In this document: piece after piece, positions 7,517 to 17,220 of the stretch | Position numbering within the stretch: position 1 is the stretch's first letter | How the letters are laid out: each line of letters opens with the position of its first letter | From: a virus | Lineage: Duplodnaviria > Caudoviricetes | Virus record (IMG/VR): IMGVR_UViG_3300006922_000005 | Strand: one strand, 5' to 3' | Length of the DNA: 64,000 nucleotides | Program-made: the position numbers and the translations under genes | The notes under the pieces: model-generated | The model's input: the letters and a program-made list of their open reading frames with translations, nothing else | Told to the model about the DNA's origin: nothing | Database searches by the model: none

Positions 7517-10500
7517 ATGGCGGATAATGTAAACGAAACAAGTAACATTGAACGAGTTGACAATAGAGATCCGTTTGAAAATTCAAGTAAAATTCCTGCA
7601 TGGGAACTTGCTTATATGCAACAAACATACGAAATATACGATGGCCCGTATAGTGACGATGATGATAGAAAGTGGACAGATACTAAAAACTGGAAAGCAA
7701 ACCCAAACTATATCGACGACGAAGAAGAATTTAAAAAATCATACTTTGGAGGAACTGATGATACAGAGTATCAGAGATCAACTAAAGTTCCTTCTACTGT
7801 TAATAACAACCCCGATACAGTTTCTGATAAAGGAACTGGACCATCGCTTAAAAAAGAAGCGGTAGATGAAAATAACAAAGTAAATGCCCCGGGAGGAACT
7901 GCTACACCAGGTAATGCAGAATGGAATAATTTTTATCCAGAGGTTCAAGGGAGACATAATGCACTACATGATTTAAACAGTTACAACTATATCATTACTC
8001 TTGTTTCAGTGTCAACTGATCAAATAAACGATCCAGAAACATACAAAGGAAAAATTATAAATCCTAACGGTGTTGAAAATAAAGATTTTTATATAGTTGC
8101 AAAAAGCGGCGGGTATTCACGTGAAAATGGTCAAACGTTTGCCGCAGGTTCCTACAAACGTGATCCAACACAAGGCGATAGTAGAGACAAAGATTTGTTT
8201 ATAGAAAATCTAGATTTTGAAACTAGACCCGGTATTAATGACATGGGTAATAGTAACTTAACCACAGGAACGTTTGAAATTGTTGAGCCTCACAGTGTAT
8301 CGCAATTTTATAGAGAACTTTTTAACTCCTCTAGATTCAGCGGACATCCTGACTACATTGATGCTCCGTTTTTATTAGTGATTTCGTTTATAGGTAGAGA
8401 TGCAGAAAGTGACGAAGCAGTAACTCCGCCTTTTACAACTAGATATCTTCCAATCAAAATACAAAACAGTGAAATGGAAGTTACTGAAGCAGGTGCTAGA
8501 TATTCTGTAAAATTTTTAGGATTTAATTCCCAAGCAACTACAGCAGTTTATAATACATTGTTTGATGATGTAACTCCACGTGTTAATAACGTAGAGTCTG
8601 TTGAAAGTATTACTTCTAGTGTATTTTTAAAACATTCTGTATTTGAAGCAAAAAGAATGTTACAACACAAACAAGATGTTGACAATGATCCAGAGCAAAA
8701 AGCGGCCGTAGAACAAAGACTTTTGGACACAGACTTAATGGATCAGGTTGATCGAGGAGCCGGCAGTAGTAATGTTCGGATAGACTATTGTATACCTAAC
8801 GAATATTATGTTTGGTTTGCAGACGGATACGGTGGAAATTTCCCATCAAACGGAAAAACACTTCACAGTTTATCATCAGGCTGGAAAAGCAAAGTTAAGA
8901 CTTGGACAGACAACAGTGCATTTGAAGGTCGCCCAACTGTTGGGTTGGCAGGAGGAAATAGAATAGGAGGCTCGGGGCTAAACGATTCAGTATTGCCTTC
9001 TGGAGCACTTAAAATTAAATCATACGAAGCAGAAAAACAAGAGCGAGAAGATAATCTAAAAGCCGCACAGACAGTGTTAAACACAGAAACAAAAGCACTT
9101 AATGCTGAACTTAAAGCATTAGACAGTGCAAGGCAAGCATTGTATAATATTGCTAAAACTAAAATTAAAGATGTTGATGCTGATAAGTTACAAGATCCTA
9201 CACTATCTTTAGATGAAACGCCAGACGAAGTAAAGAAAAAAGTTGACGAAAGTAAAAATTATGCAATTAGTATAGCAGATAAATTAGCAAACTTACCCAC
9301 TGGAAAATCAAGCGGACCTGTTGGCCCTCCTACTCAAGCACAGTTAACTCCAACAGAAGCGGCAGAAGTAGCCACAAATAGAAAGATAATTGAAGAACTA
9401 TCTCCAAAAATTGCTGGGCTAAATGAAGCAGTAGTCAAAGCAGAGGCAGAATTAAAAAAACTAAAAAAAGAATACGACAAATGGGTACAGCAAGGCGGAG
9501 CAGAAGGCGGATACAATTTACAAAGTCGCGGTGACGCATGGTCATTCAGAAAAGGTAGTAACTTAATGTCTATTATTGATACTATGATTACAAATAGTGT
9601 ATACATGGACATCTTTAAACTACCATCAGAATTAGAAAAAATACAATCTACAGAAATGATTCCGTGGTTCAAAACAGAAGTAATAAGTTACGTAATTGGA
9701 TATGATGTTTTAAGAATGAGATATGTATACGAATATCACTATGTTGTTTCTCCATTTGAAATACATTACAGTGCAATGCCGGGTATTAATATTCAATTTA
9801 CAACAAAGCAGTTAAAAGCAAAAGCAATACGTGAATACAATTATATCTATACAGGAAAGAACCTAGATGTATTAAGTTACAACATACGATATAATAATTT
9901 ATTTACAACCCCGTTATTGATAAATCCTCCTAGATTTAAGCCTATAAAACAAGATGGTACAGAAACAGTTACAAACACATTTTTAGAAACTGTAGAAAAT
10001 GCAATTCAAACAAATGTTAATGGACAATCTGGTTTTACTCCAACTCCTCCTGTTGGTAAATTAAATTATAGAGAAGGGCCAAATAATAGAAATGCAATAG
10101 GTATAATATTTCAAGATTTTTTATATAATCCACCGTTTGAAAGACATCTAATTCTAAGTGATATTGATATTATAGGAGACCCTGTATATATTCTTGGAAG
10201 TGGAATAGTAGATCGACCACAAGTTTCTGCAGGAGATATTCTAACCAAAGACGGTGAAATGAATACATTTACTCGTGAACCTCACGTAATATTAAATATT
10301 CGATATCCTGAAGATATACCAACAGCATCAGAACTTGGCGATGAGCAAAACTCAAAATTTGAAATGAAATTAAAAAGAGATCAATACAGTGGTGTATTTG
10401 AAATCTTTAATGTGCGTAATAACTTTAGTGAAGGAGTTTTTAAACAAACACTAAGATTAGCAAGAAAGAAAAATCAGCCTGAAGACTATTATGAGTATGG

Positions 10501-10531
10501 TACTTTAGACGGTGTAACAGGAAGTACATAA
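7517..10531 (+). CDS. Large baseplate hub-like structural protein (1004 aa)
   Basis: Lies between gp53 and gp5; C-terminal IIGDP...YSGVFEIFNVRNNFSEGVFKQTL resembles hub proteins; internal coiled coil. Confidence 0.55.
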   Translation: MADNVNETSNIERVDNRDPFENSSKIPAWELAYMQQTYEIYDGPYSDDDDRKWTDTKNWKANPNYIDDEEEFKKSYFGGTDDTEYQRSTKVPSTVNNNPDTVSDKGTGPSLKKEAVDENNKVNAPGGTATPGNAEWNNFYPEVQGRHNALHDLNSYNYIITLVSVSTDQINDPETYKGKIINPNGVENKDFYIVAKSGGYSRENGQTFAAGSYKRDPTQGDSRDKDLFIENLDFETRPGINDMGNSNLTTGTFEIVEPHSVSQFYRELFNSSRFSGHPDYIDAPFLLVISFIGRDAESDEAVTPPFTTRYLPIKIQNSEMEVTEAGARYSVKFLGFNSQATTAVYNTLFDDVTPRVNNVESVESITSSVFLKHSVFEAKRMLQHKQDVDNDPEQKAAVEQRLLDTDLMDQVDRGAGSSNVRIDYCIPNEYYVWFADGYGGNFPSNGKTLHSLSSGWKSKVKTWTDNSAFEGRPTVGLAGGNRIGGSGLNDSVLPSGALKIKSYEAEKQEREDNLKAAQTVLNTETKALNAELKALDSARQALYNIAKTKIKDVDADKLQDPTLSLDETPDEVKKKVDESKNYAISIADKLANLPTGKSSGPVGPPTQAQLTPTEAAEVATNRKIIEELSPKIAGLNEAVVKAEAELKKLKKEYDKWVQQGGAEGGYNLQSRGDAWSFRKGSNLMSIIDTMITNSVYMDIFKLPSELEKIQSTEMIPWFKTEVISYVIGYDVLRMRYVYEYHYVVSPFEIHYSAMPGINIQFTTKQLKAKAIREYNYIYTGKNLDVLSYNIRYNNLFTTPLLINPPRFKPIKQDGTETVTNTFLETVENAIQTNVNGQSGFTPTPPVGKLNYREGPNNRNAIGIIFQDFLYNPPFERHLILSDIDIIGDPVYILGSGIVDRPQVSAGDILTKDGEMNTFTREPHVILNIRYPEDIPTASELGDEQNSKFEMKLKRDQYSGVFEIFNVRNNFSEGVFKQTLRLARKKNQPEDYYEYGTLDGVTGST

Positions 10532-10532
10532 C

Positions 10533-11228
10533 ATGCCAGAATTTTATAAAGAAATAGTAAACGAAAACAGCAAGCCAGCATCAGAGGCTGAATTAGCAAA
10601 ACACAACAAGCCTATTATTGTTAAAGTTCCTAGTAATGCTAGTGAAGTTGCAAATCGTCATGACTCTGCAAAAGCAACAGGAACAACTTCTGTTGGTGAT
10701 GCAACTATTAGTGCAAGTAAATCTGTAGTAAAAGGAGTTAAAACATTCACTAGTGAAATATCAAATGCGGCCGGTAGAGTACAAAGTGGTATTGCACAAG
10801 CACAGTCAATTGCACAAGACCCTGTAAGTTATATTATAGGATTGGCAGAACAAGCATCCGGTGTTAGTGTACCAAGTAGTCCTCAAGGAATAGCAGAACT
10901 GTTAAGTAAATTTAGTGAACCAAAAGTTTCAGGCGACGGTAGAACAGATATTTCAAAAAATAAAAGCGAAGGTGAAGGTGTTGTTAGCGAGATTGGTGAT
11001 GTAGCATCGTTTTCTGCAGATGAATTATCTTCAAAAATTACAAGTGTATCAAACGCAATTTCATCAGCAACAGAAGTTGTTGGAGCAGTAACAGAAGTAG
11101 CAAGTTTAGGTGGTGTTCCGGTTGACAACGTTATTACTCAATCTGTCAGTAAAATATCAACTCCTGTGCAGAGTACACTTACAAAAGTTAAAAATACTAC
11201 AGACGGAACACAAGGAATTATTACATGA
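10533..11228 (+). CDS. Hypothetical Ser/Ala/Val-rich virion protein
   Basis: 231-aa ORF coupled within the operon. Confidence 0.65.
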   Translation: MPEFYKEIVNENSKPASEAELAKHNKPIIVKVPSNASEVANRHDSAKATGTTSVGDATISASKSVVKGVKTFTSEISNAAGRVQSGIAQAQSIAQDPVSYIIGLAEQASGVSVPSSPQGIAELLSKFSEPKVSGDGRTDISKNKSEGEGVVSEIGDVASFSADELSSKITSVSNAISSATEVVGAVTEVASLGGVPVDNVITQSVSKISTPVQSTLTKVKNTTDGTQGIIT

Positions 11229-13183
11229 GTGGAGTTTTTCTAAAAAGTCAAAAAACTAATAGGGTACAACGACCTAAAGATAGATCAGAACTTGAGTTTG
11301 GTTTATTTTCTAGCATATCTGAAGCAGAAGTAGTAGGTACTGGTGGTCAAGGTACTATTAGAGTTGTACGTGTAGGAAATGACTACAATGACCAAGGTGA
11401 GATTGAAGTTATGATGCTGAGTCCTCATGCTTCATATAAACCTGCTAATGCAGGCGGAGATAATATTGATTCGTTTGAAGATACTCAAACAGCAAGTGGT
11501 ATGGTTGTACCTACACCGCAAATTGGTACTAGAGGTATTATAGCAACACCAAACAAAGATTCAACTAGAGGAGTTTGGTTAGGTTCTATTATGCCACCAG
11601 GACTAGGACAAACTATTCCAGAGCCAGCACGTAGTGATCAAGTTACTGGTAAAAAAGCAGACCTAGACGAATATGCTAGTCCTGTTGGAATGCCAGCAAG
11701 TGAAAAAAATGCTAGTACTTACGATGGTCGTGTAACTACAGATAAGGCAAAACGTGCAATTCATCCTTTTGCAAAAGTTTTAAAAAAACAAGGACTGTTA
11801 GTAGATACAATTAGAGGATCGTCGACATCGTCTATTCTTAGAGATAATGATTCTAAAATGATTGGATTTAATACTCCAGGAGGAGTAGGAGAATCACAAG
11901 ATCTTACACCAACTATAGATGATGGCGGAGTAGTTACTAAAAAACCTATGAACCTAACAAGATTAGGTGGTCATACATTTGTTATGGATGATGGCGACAC
12001 TGGAGGAGAAAATAACCTAGTAAGAATAAGATCAAGTAAAGGCGCCCAAATATTATTTCATGATACATCAGAGATGGTTTACATTGGTAATCAAAATGGT
12101 ACTGCTTGGATTGAAATGACCAAAGACGGTAAGATTGATATGTATGCTAAAGATAGTGTTAGTATTCATAGTGAAGCAGATTTTAATTTCCGTGCAGATA
12201 GAGATCTTAATTTTGAAGCAGGTAGACACTTTAACATTAAAGGTATTGAAAGAACACAAATTGAAGCAGATCAATTAAGACTAATTGGAAAACAAGATAC
12301 TGTAATAGATTCGAGAGGATCTTTAGATATAGTAGGTACAAATATGACAATGTCCACTAATAATCTAAGTATGAATACAACTAATTTAAATATTTCAAAC
12401 AAAATTAATACAAACATTAGATCAGGAGAGATTGATATAGTTTCGCAGTACGGAATGCGTCAAAGTCATGGTACTGGTTTAGAAATTAAAACAAACGTAT
12501 TAGAAAATCAAATTTGGAATGCACAAACATATAATCCAGGAAGAACATACTACAAAGGAGAAACTGTAATATTTGGTACATTATTTTACAAAGCATTACA
12601 ACAAAATATGGTTCCAAGTACTCCTGGTGTTAAAGTTCCACCTTCTCCGGGATTGTTTTGGGAAATTATTCCGCCAGTTATTCCTAAAACTGTACATGGC
12701 GATATAAAAATAGATACAAACGTTGCAGGACCTATGCTTGGTAATATTGATATACATGCTAAAGGAAAAGTTAATGCAACAAGTATTACAGGTTCTATAA
12801 ATTTAAAAGCAGTTGCAGATAATATTAATATACAAACACCTCAAACTGTGTACATAGATGGAACAAGTGCAGTACACTTAAACTTACCTGGACCAGTTCA
12901 ACCACCAGCAGAGCCTATTGCATTAAGTGCGTTAGCAACTAACATACCGTTTCCTTTTGATACAAGTGCAAGTGGCGGAGCAAATGGTGCTGAATTTGGT
13001 GTTTACGAAAATCCAATTACTGATCCTAGTAAACCGTGGAATGAAGCATACTATCAATCAGACAATACATTATATAGTATAATGAAGCGTATACCTATGC
13101 ATGAACCGTGGCCAGGACATGAAGCAGGCGATGGTATAGAAACTACAGCGTCTAATACAGATAGAGAAACCAGTGGTCAGTAA
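11225..13183 (+). CDS. gp5: Baseplate central spike (gp5/VgrG-like, no lysozyme domain recognised)
   Basis: OB-fold-like N-terminus (GMVVPTPQIGT...GVWLGS), RLGGHTFVMDD, beta-helix repeats, C-terminal RIPMHEPWPGHE. Confidence 0.75.
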   Translation: MSGVFLKSQKTNRVQRPKDRSELEFGLFSSISEAEVVGTGGQGTIRVVRVGNDYNDQGEIEVMMLSPHASYKPANAGGDNIDSFEDTQTASGMVVPTPQIGTRGIIATPNKDSTRGVWLGSIMPPGLGQTIPEPARSDQVTGKKADLDEYASPVGMPASEKNASTYDGRVTTDKAKRAIHPFAKVLKKQGLLVDTIRGSSTSSILRDNDSKMIGFNTPGGVGESQDLTPTIDDGGVVTKKPMNLTRLGGHTFVMDDGDTGGENNLVRIRSSKGAQILFHDTSEMVYIGNQNGTAWIEMTKDGKIDMYAKDSVSIHSEADFNFRADRDLNFEAGRHFNIKGIERTQIEADQLRLIGKQDTVIDSRGSLDIVGTNMTMSTNNLSMNTTNLNISNKINTNIRSGEIDIVSQYGMRQSHGTGLEIKTNVLENQIWNAQTYNPGRTYYKGETVIFGTLFYKALQQNMVPSTPGVKVPPSPGLFWEIIPPVIPKTVHGDIKIDTNVAGPMLGNIDIHAKGKVNATSITGSINLKAVADNINIQTPQTVYIDGTSAVHLNLPGPVQPPAEPIALSALATNIPFPFDTSASGGANGAEFGVYENPITDPSKPWNEAYYQSDNTLYSIMKRIPMHEPWPGHEAGDGIETTASNTDRETSGQ

Positions 13184-13189
13184 AGTGGG

Positions 13190-13195
13190 TAAATA
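13190..13195 (+). promoter_or_regulatory. Late promoter core TAAATA
   Basis: Ends 5 nt before the ATG at 13201. Confidence 0.6.
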
Positions 13196-13200
13196 GCAGT

Positions 13201-13638
13201 ATGGCACAGTATAAAGAAATCAATGTAGACGGAAAAACAGACGTAGTTCAAACACAGCAAACTAGTCAAATTTACAAAGGCACGAGTACGGTTAGTGACG
13301 ATAGTAAGAGTTTTTCATTATACGATATAAACTTAATCAAACAGGATTTGTTGAATCACTTTAATATTAGAAAAGGTGAGAAGATCTATAATCCAAATTT
13401 TGGTAGTATTATATGGGATCTAATACACGAACCGTTAACAGAAGAAACAACTGAATTATTACAAAATGACGTTAAAGAAGTCCTTAGATCAGATCCAAGG
13501 GTTTTAGTTGAAAATATTTCAATTTTTGAACAGCAAACTGGTGTACAAATTGTTATTGAAATTAACTTTAAAGACTACAATCAATTAGAACAAATGGTAT
13601 ATACGTTTGATCGAAATAGTGGCTTATCGATGGCATAA
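13201..13638 (+). CDS. gp25: Baseplate wedge subunit
   Basis: LLNHFNIRKGEKIYNPNFGSIIWDLIHEPL...DPRV is the GPW/gp25 signature. Confidence 0.9.
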   Translation: MAQYKEINVDGKTDVVQTQQTSQIYKGTSTVSDDSKSFSLYDINLIKQDLLNHFNIRKGEKIYNPNFGSIIWDLIHEPLTEETTELLQNDVKEVLRSDPRVLVENISIFEQQTGVQIVIEINFKDYNQLEQMVYTFDRNSGLSMA

Positions 13639-13666
13639 AATAAAATACGCAGTTTATAATTTAAGG

Positions 13667-13672
13667 TAAATA
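13667..13672 (+). promoter_or_regulatory. Late promoter core TAAATA
   Basis: Ends 5 nt before the ATG at 13678. Confidence 0.6.
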
Positions 13673-13677
13673 TTTGC

Positions 13678-16600
13678 ATGGCAAGTTATGATAGACAAAA
13701 TTCACTTTTAGTAAACCAGGATTGGAGTAAGATCTATCGATCTTTCACTGATGCTGACTTTAGTTCTTACGATTTCCCTACTATACGTAGGACGATGATT
13801 AATTACTTACGTAAAAATTATCCAGAAGACTTTAACGATTATATCGAATCAAGTGAATATCTTGCATTAATTGATGTAATTGCATTTTTAGGGCAAAGTT
13901 TATCTTACAGAGTTGACTTAAATGCTAGAGAAAACTTTATTGAAACAGCACAGAAAAAAGAAAGTGTATTGCGTCTTGCAAGATTAGTAGGTTATAACAA
14001 CAAACGTAACCAAAGTGCTACAGGACTATTAAAAATTACAGGAATACAAACCACACAGAATTTAACTGACAGTAACGGAACACAGTTACGTAATAGATTT
14101 ATTTTATGGAATGACGATTCAAATGTAAACTGGTTAGAGCAGATCAATACAATTATGAATAACAGTTTCCAAGGAACAACTGTATTTGGAAAACCAAATG
14201 CTAGTGATGCAGTTGGAGGAATTCAAACAGATCAATACAAAGTTAATACAACCAATTCAGATATTCCAACATACAAATTTAGTAAAACTGTTGCAGGGTT
14301 ACAAACATCATTTAATATTGTAAGTGCTAATTTAAATCAGGGTAATATAGTTGAAGAAACTCCATTGCCAGGAAACACTTTAGGATTATTATATAGAAAT
14401 GATAAGAGAGGCAATAGTTCAGAAAACACGGGATTCTTTTTAAACTTTAAACAAGGCGAAACTTACACTTCACCGTTTTCAATTTCAGATCCTTCTAACA
14501 ATGAAGTAATTAATTTAAACACACCTAACATTAATAACGATGATGTTTGGTTATGGGAATTAGATCAATTTGGAAACTATATACAACAATGGACAAAACT
14601 TGATAGTGTTGTTGGAACAAACGCTGTTTATAATTCAGAAGCAAAAGATAATAGAAAAATTTATTCTGTAATTTCAAGAGACCAAGATAAAGTTAGTTTA
14701 AATTTTGCAGATGGAACATTTGGTGATTTACCTAATGGTTCATTTAGAGTTTACTACAGAGTTTCAAATGGTTTAACATATACAATTAGACCAGCAGACA
14801 TGCAAAATATTATTGTTGATATTCCTTACACTTCAAAAAGTGGACAAAGAAATACACTAACAGTTCAATGTGCATTGCAGACTACAGTTACAAATGCTAG
14901 TGCTACAGAAAGTGTTTCTAGTATTAGAAACAATGCACCTCAAACATATTACACACAAAATAGAATGATCACAGGTGAAGACTATAACACTTTACCTTTA
15001 ACGTCTAATCCACAAGTTGTTAAATCAAAAGCAGTAAACAGAGCAAGTAGTGGTATTTCAAGACAGTATGAAATTAAAGATCCAACTGGAAAATATTCCA
15101 GCACAAACATAATGGCTGATGATGGAATACTTTATAAAAATGATTACGAAATAGATTTTAATTTTACATTTAGTACAAGAAATGATGTATTAGGTATTTT
15201 AAGAAACAATATCGAACCTATTATTGCAGGTATAGGAACTAAAAGTTTTTACTATGATAAATTTCCTAGAATACAAACAGCAGGTCTAAACATTGATTGG
15301 GTTAAGTCAACAGACACAAGTGTTGGGTCAACAGGATATTTTAGAAACACAGTGAATAACGCACCTATTACAGTTGGGTCATTTACAGGAAACAACTTTA
15401 GGTTTATTGCAACTGATAGTATGATTAAATTTGTTCCACCAAGTGGTAGATATTTTCTACCTAATGGAGCACTTACAACAACTAAAACAAAATTAACTAG
15501 TGATTATATCTGGGCCAAAGTTGCAAATGTTATTGGTGACGGATCTAACGGCGGACTAGGTGCATTAGATAACGGAACAGGACCAATTGTAATTACAGAG
15601 AAAGTACCAGCACTAGCAATACCAAGTGAGATTGTACCTAATATAGTAACAGACTTACCAAGTGATATTGAAACAGAAATAGTTGACTTAGTATTTTCAA
15701 ATAAAAACTTTGGACTACGTTATGATCAATCTACATTAACATGGAAAATTATTGCTAATGCTAATGCTAATACATTAGATCCATTTAGTTTAGATAGAGA
15801 AGGTGATTTATCAGGAACTAAAGCAGACAAGAGTTGGTTTGTACTATTTGAAACCGACGGTGAAACATACACAGTTTCATACAGGGGATTAGATTATAGA
15901 TTTGAAAGTCAAGACCTTGTACAATTTTATGTTGATACTACAGGAAAAACATATGATCCTAAAACAGGATCAGTAATTAAAGATCAAATTAAAATTCTTA
16001 AAGTAAATGAAGATCCGATTGCTAGTTCAATCTTAACAAAAGATTATCCATGGGAAATTACTGGAGCAATTAGAAACACAGACGGATTTGAAGATACAAA
16101 TAGAGTACAAGTAAACTTATACGACTCAGACGATGACGGAATGATTGATGATCCAGATAGTTTTATAAATGTAGTTGCACCAGAATCAACAGATGTTAGA
16201 GGATATCAAGACAAATTTGTATTCTTCCAAAATACTGTTGTTGGAAACTATACAGTTGCTAAAAAAGTAGATGCAAGTAATTTTATAATTTTTGATAAAG
16301 AAACAAGTATTCCAGCACTTGCAGATTATAGCGACGGACAACTATTTTATTTTTATAGTTCTACAGAAAACGTTATTAAGTCTTATAGTGCAACTAGAGG
16401 AGTATTAGATTTAAACAATACGTATTTTGCAAAACCTGGAAGATCGGATATTAGATTCCAGTATATTCACAATGCAGATAATGATAGAAGATTAGATCCT
16501 AGTAAAACTAACTTAATAGACATCTATATGTTAACCGAAGCATATGACAGTGACTTTAGAACATGGATTGTAAATGGAGGGAATCGACCATTAGCACCGA

Positions 16601-17220
16601 GTTCAGAACAACTTAGAAGTCAATTTGAACCTGAATTAAATAAAATAAAATCAATAAGTGATACATTAATATTTCATTCAGTAAAATATAGACCATTATT
16701 TGGAACCACTGCTGATACAGATCTTCAAGCACAATTTAAAATTGTAAGAGGACCAAACAGCACTATTAGTGATAACCAATTGAAAAGCGGTGTAATCGAA
16801 GCAATTAATTCATTCTTTAATGTAACTAATTGGGATTTTGGAGATACATTTTACTTTTCAGAACTAGCAACATTTGTACATAATAATCTTGCACCTGACC
16901 TAGCAAATATGGTTATTGTACCTAGAAGTAACGGACAAAGTTTTGGATCGTTGTTTCAAATACAAAGTAAAGCAGATGAAATTTTTGTAAGCAGTGCTAC
17001 TGTTGATAATATAGAAATTATCGATAGTGTAACAGCAAGTAATTTACAAGCATCAGGTAATGTTGTTAGCAGTGTTGAACAAGTAGGAACAGTTGCAGTT
17101 ACATCAACAAACACAGTTACAACAACTAATACTGTTTCAACAGGTACAGCAAGTACAACAGGTACAGCAAGTACAACAAGTACTACCAACACCACTAGTA
17201 GCGGAGGTTCTAATTACTAA
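13678..17220 (+). CDS. gp6: Baseplate wedge subunit (1180 aa)
   Basis: DFSSYDFPTIRRTMINYLR...FNDYIESSE...ARENFIETA...SVLRLARLVGY; FADGTFG; QNRMITGEDY. Confidence 0.9.
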   Translation: MASYDRQNSLLVNQDWSKIYRSFTDADFSSYDFPTIRRTMINYLRKNYPEDFNDYIESSEYLALIDVIAFLGQSLSYRVDLNARENFIETAQKKESVLRLARLVGYNNKRNQSATGLLKITGIQTTQNLTDSNGTQLRNRFILWNDDSNVNWLEQINTIMNNSFQGTTVFGKPNASDAVGGIQTDQYKVNTTNSDIPTYKFSKTVAGLQTSFNIVSANLNQGNIVEETPLPGNTLGLLYRNDKRGNSSENTGFFLNFKQGETYTSPFSISDPSNNEVINLNTPNINNDDVWLWELDQFGNYIQQWTKLDSVVGTNAVYNSEAKDNRKIYSVISRDQDKVSLNFADGTFGDLPNGSFRVYYRVSNGLTYTIRPADMQNIIVDIPYTSKSGQRNTLTVQCALQTTVTNASATESVSSIRNNAPQTYYTQNRMITGEDYNTLPLTSNPQVVKSKAVNRASSGISRQYEIKDPTGKYSSTNIMADDGILYKNDYEIDFNFTFSTRNDVLGILRNNIEPIIAGIGTKSFYYDKFPRIQTAGLNIDWVKSTDTSVGSTGYFRNTVNNAPITVGSFTGNNFRFIATDSMIKFVPPSGRYFLPNGALTTTKTKLTSDYIWAKVANVIGDGSNGGLGALDNGTGPIVITEKVPALAIPSEIVPNIVTDLPSDIETEIVDLVFSNKNFGLRYDQSTLTWKIIANANANTLDPFSLDREGDLSGTKADKSWFVLFETDGETYTVSYRGLDYRFESQDLVQFYVDTTGKTYDPKTGSVIKDQIKILKVNEDPIASSILTKDYPWEITGAIRNTDGFEDTNRVQVNLYDSDDDGMIDDPDSFINVVAPESTDVRGYQDKFVFFQNTVVGNYTVAKKVDASNFIIFDKETSIPALADYSDGQLFYFYSSTENVIKSYSATRGVLDLNNTYFAKPGRSDIRFQYIHNADNDRRLDPSKTNLIDIYMLTEAYDSDFRTWIVNGGNRPLAPSSEQLRSQFEPELNKIKSISDTLIFHSVKYRPLFGTTADTDLQAQFKIVRGPNSTISDNQLKSGVIEAINSFFNVTNWDFGDTFYFSELATFVHNNLAPDLANMVIVPRSNGQSFGSLFQIQSKADEIFVSSATVDNIEIIDSVTASNLQASGNVVSSVEQVGTVAVTSTNTVTTTNTVSTGTASTTGTASTTSTTNTTSSGGSNY
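17141..17176 (+). repeat. 18-bp tandem duplication in the Thr/Ser-rich gp6 tail
   Basis: CAGGTACAGCAAGTACAA x2 (TGTAST repeat). Confidence 0.9.
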
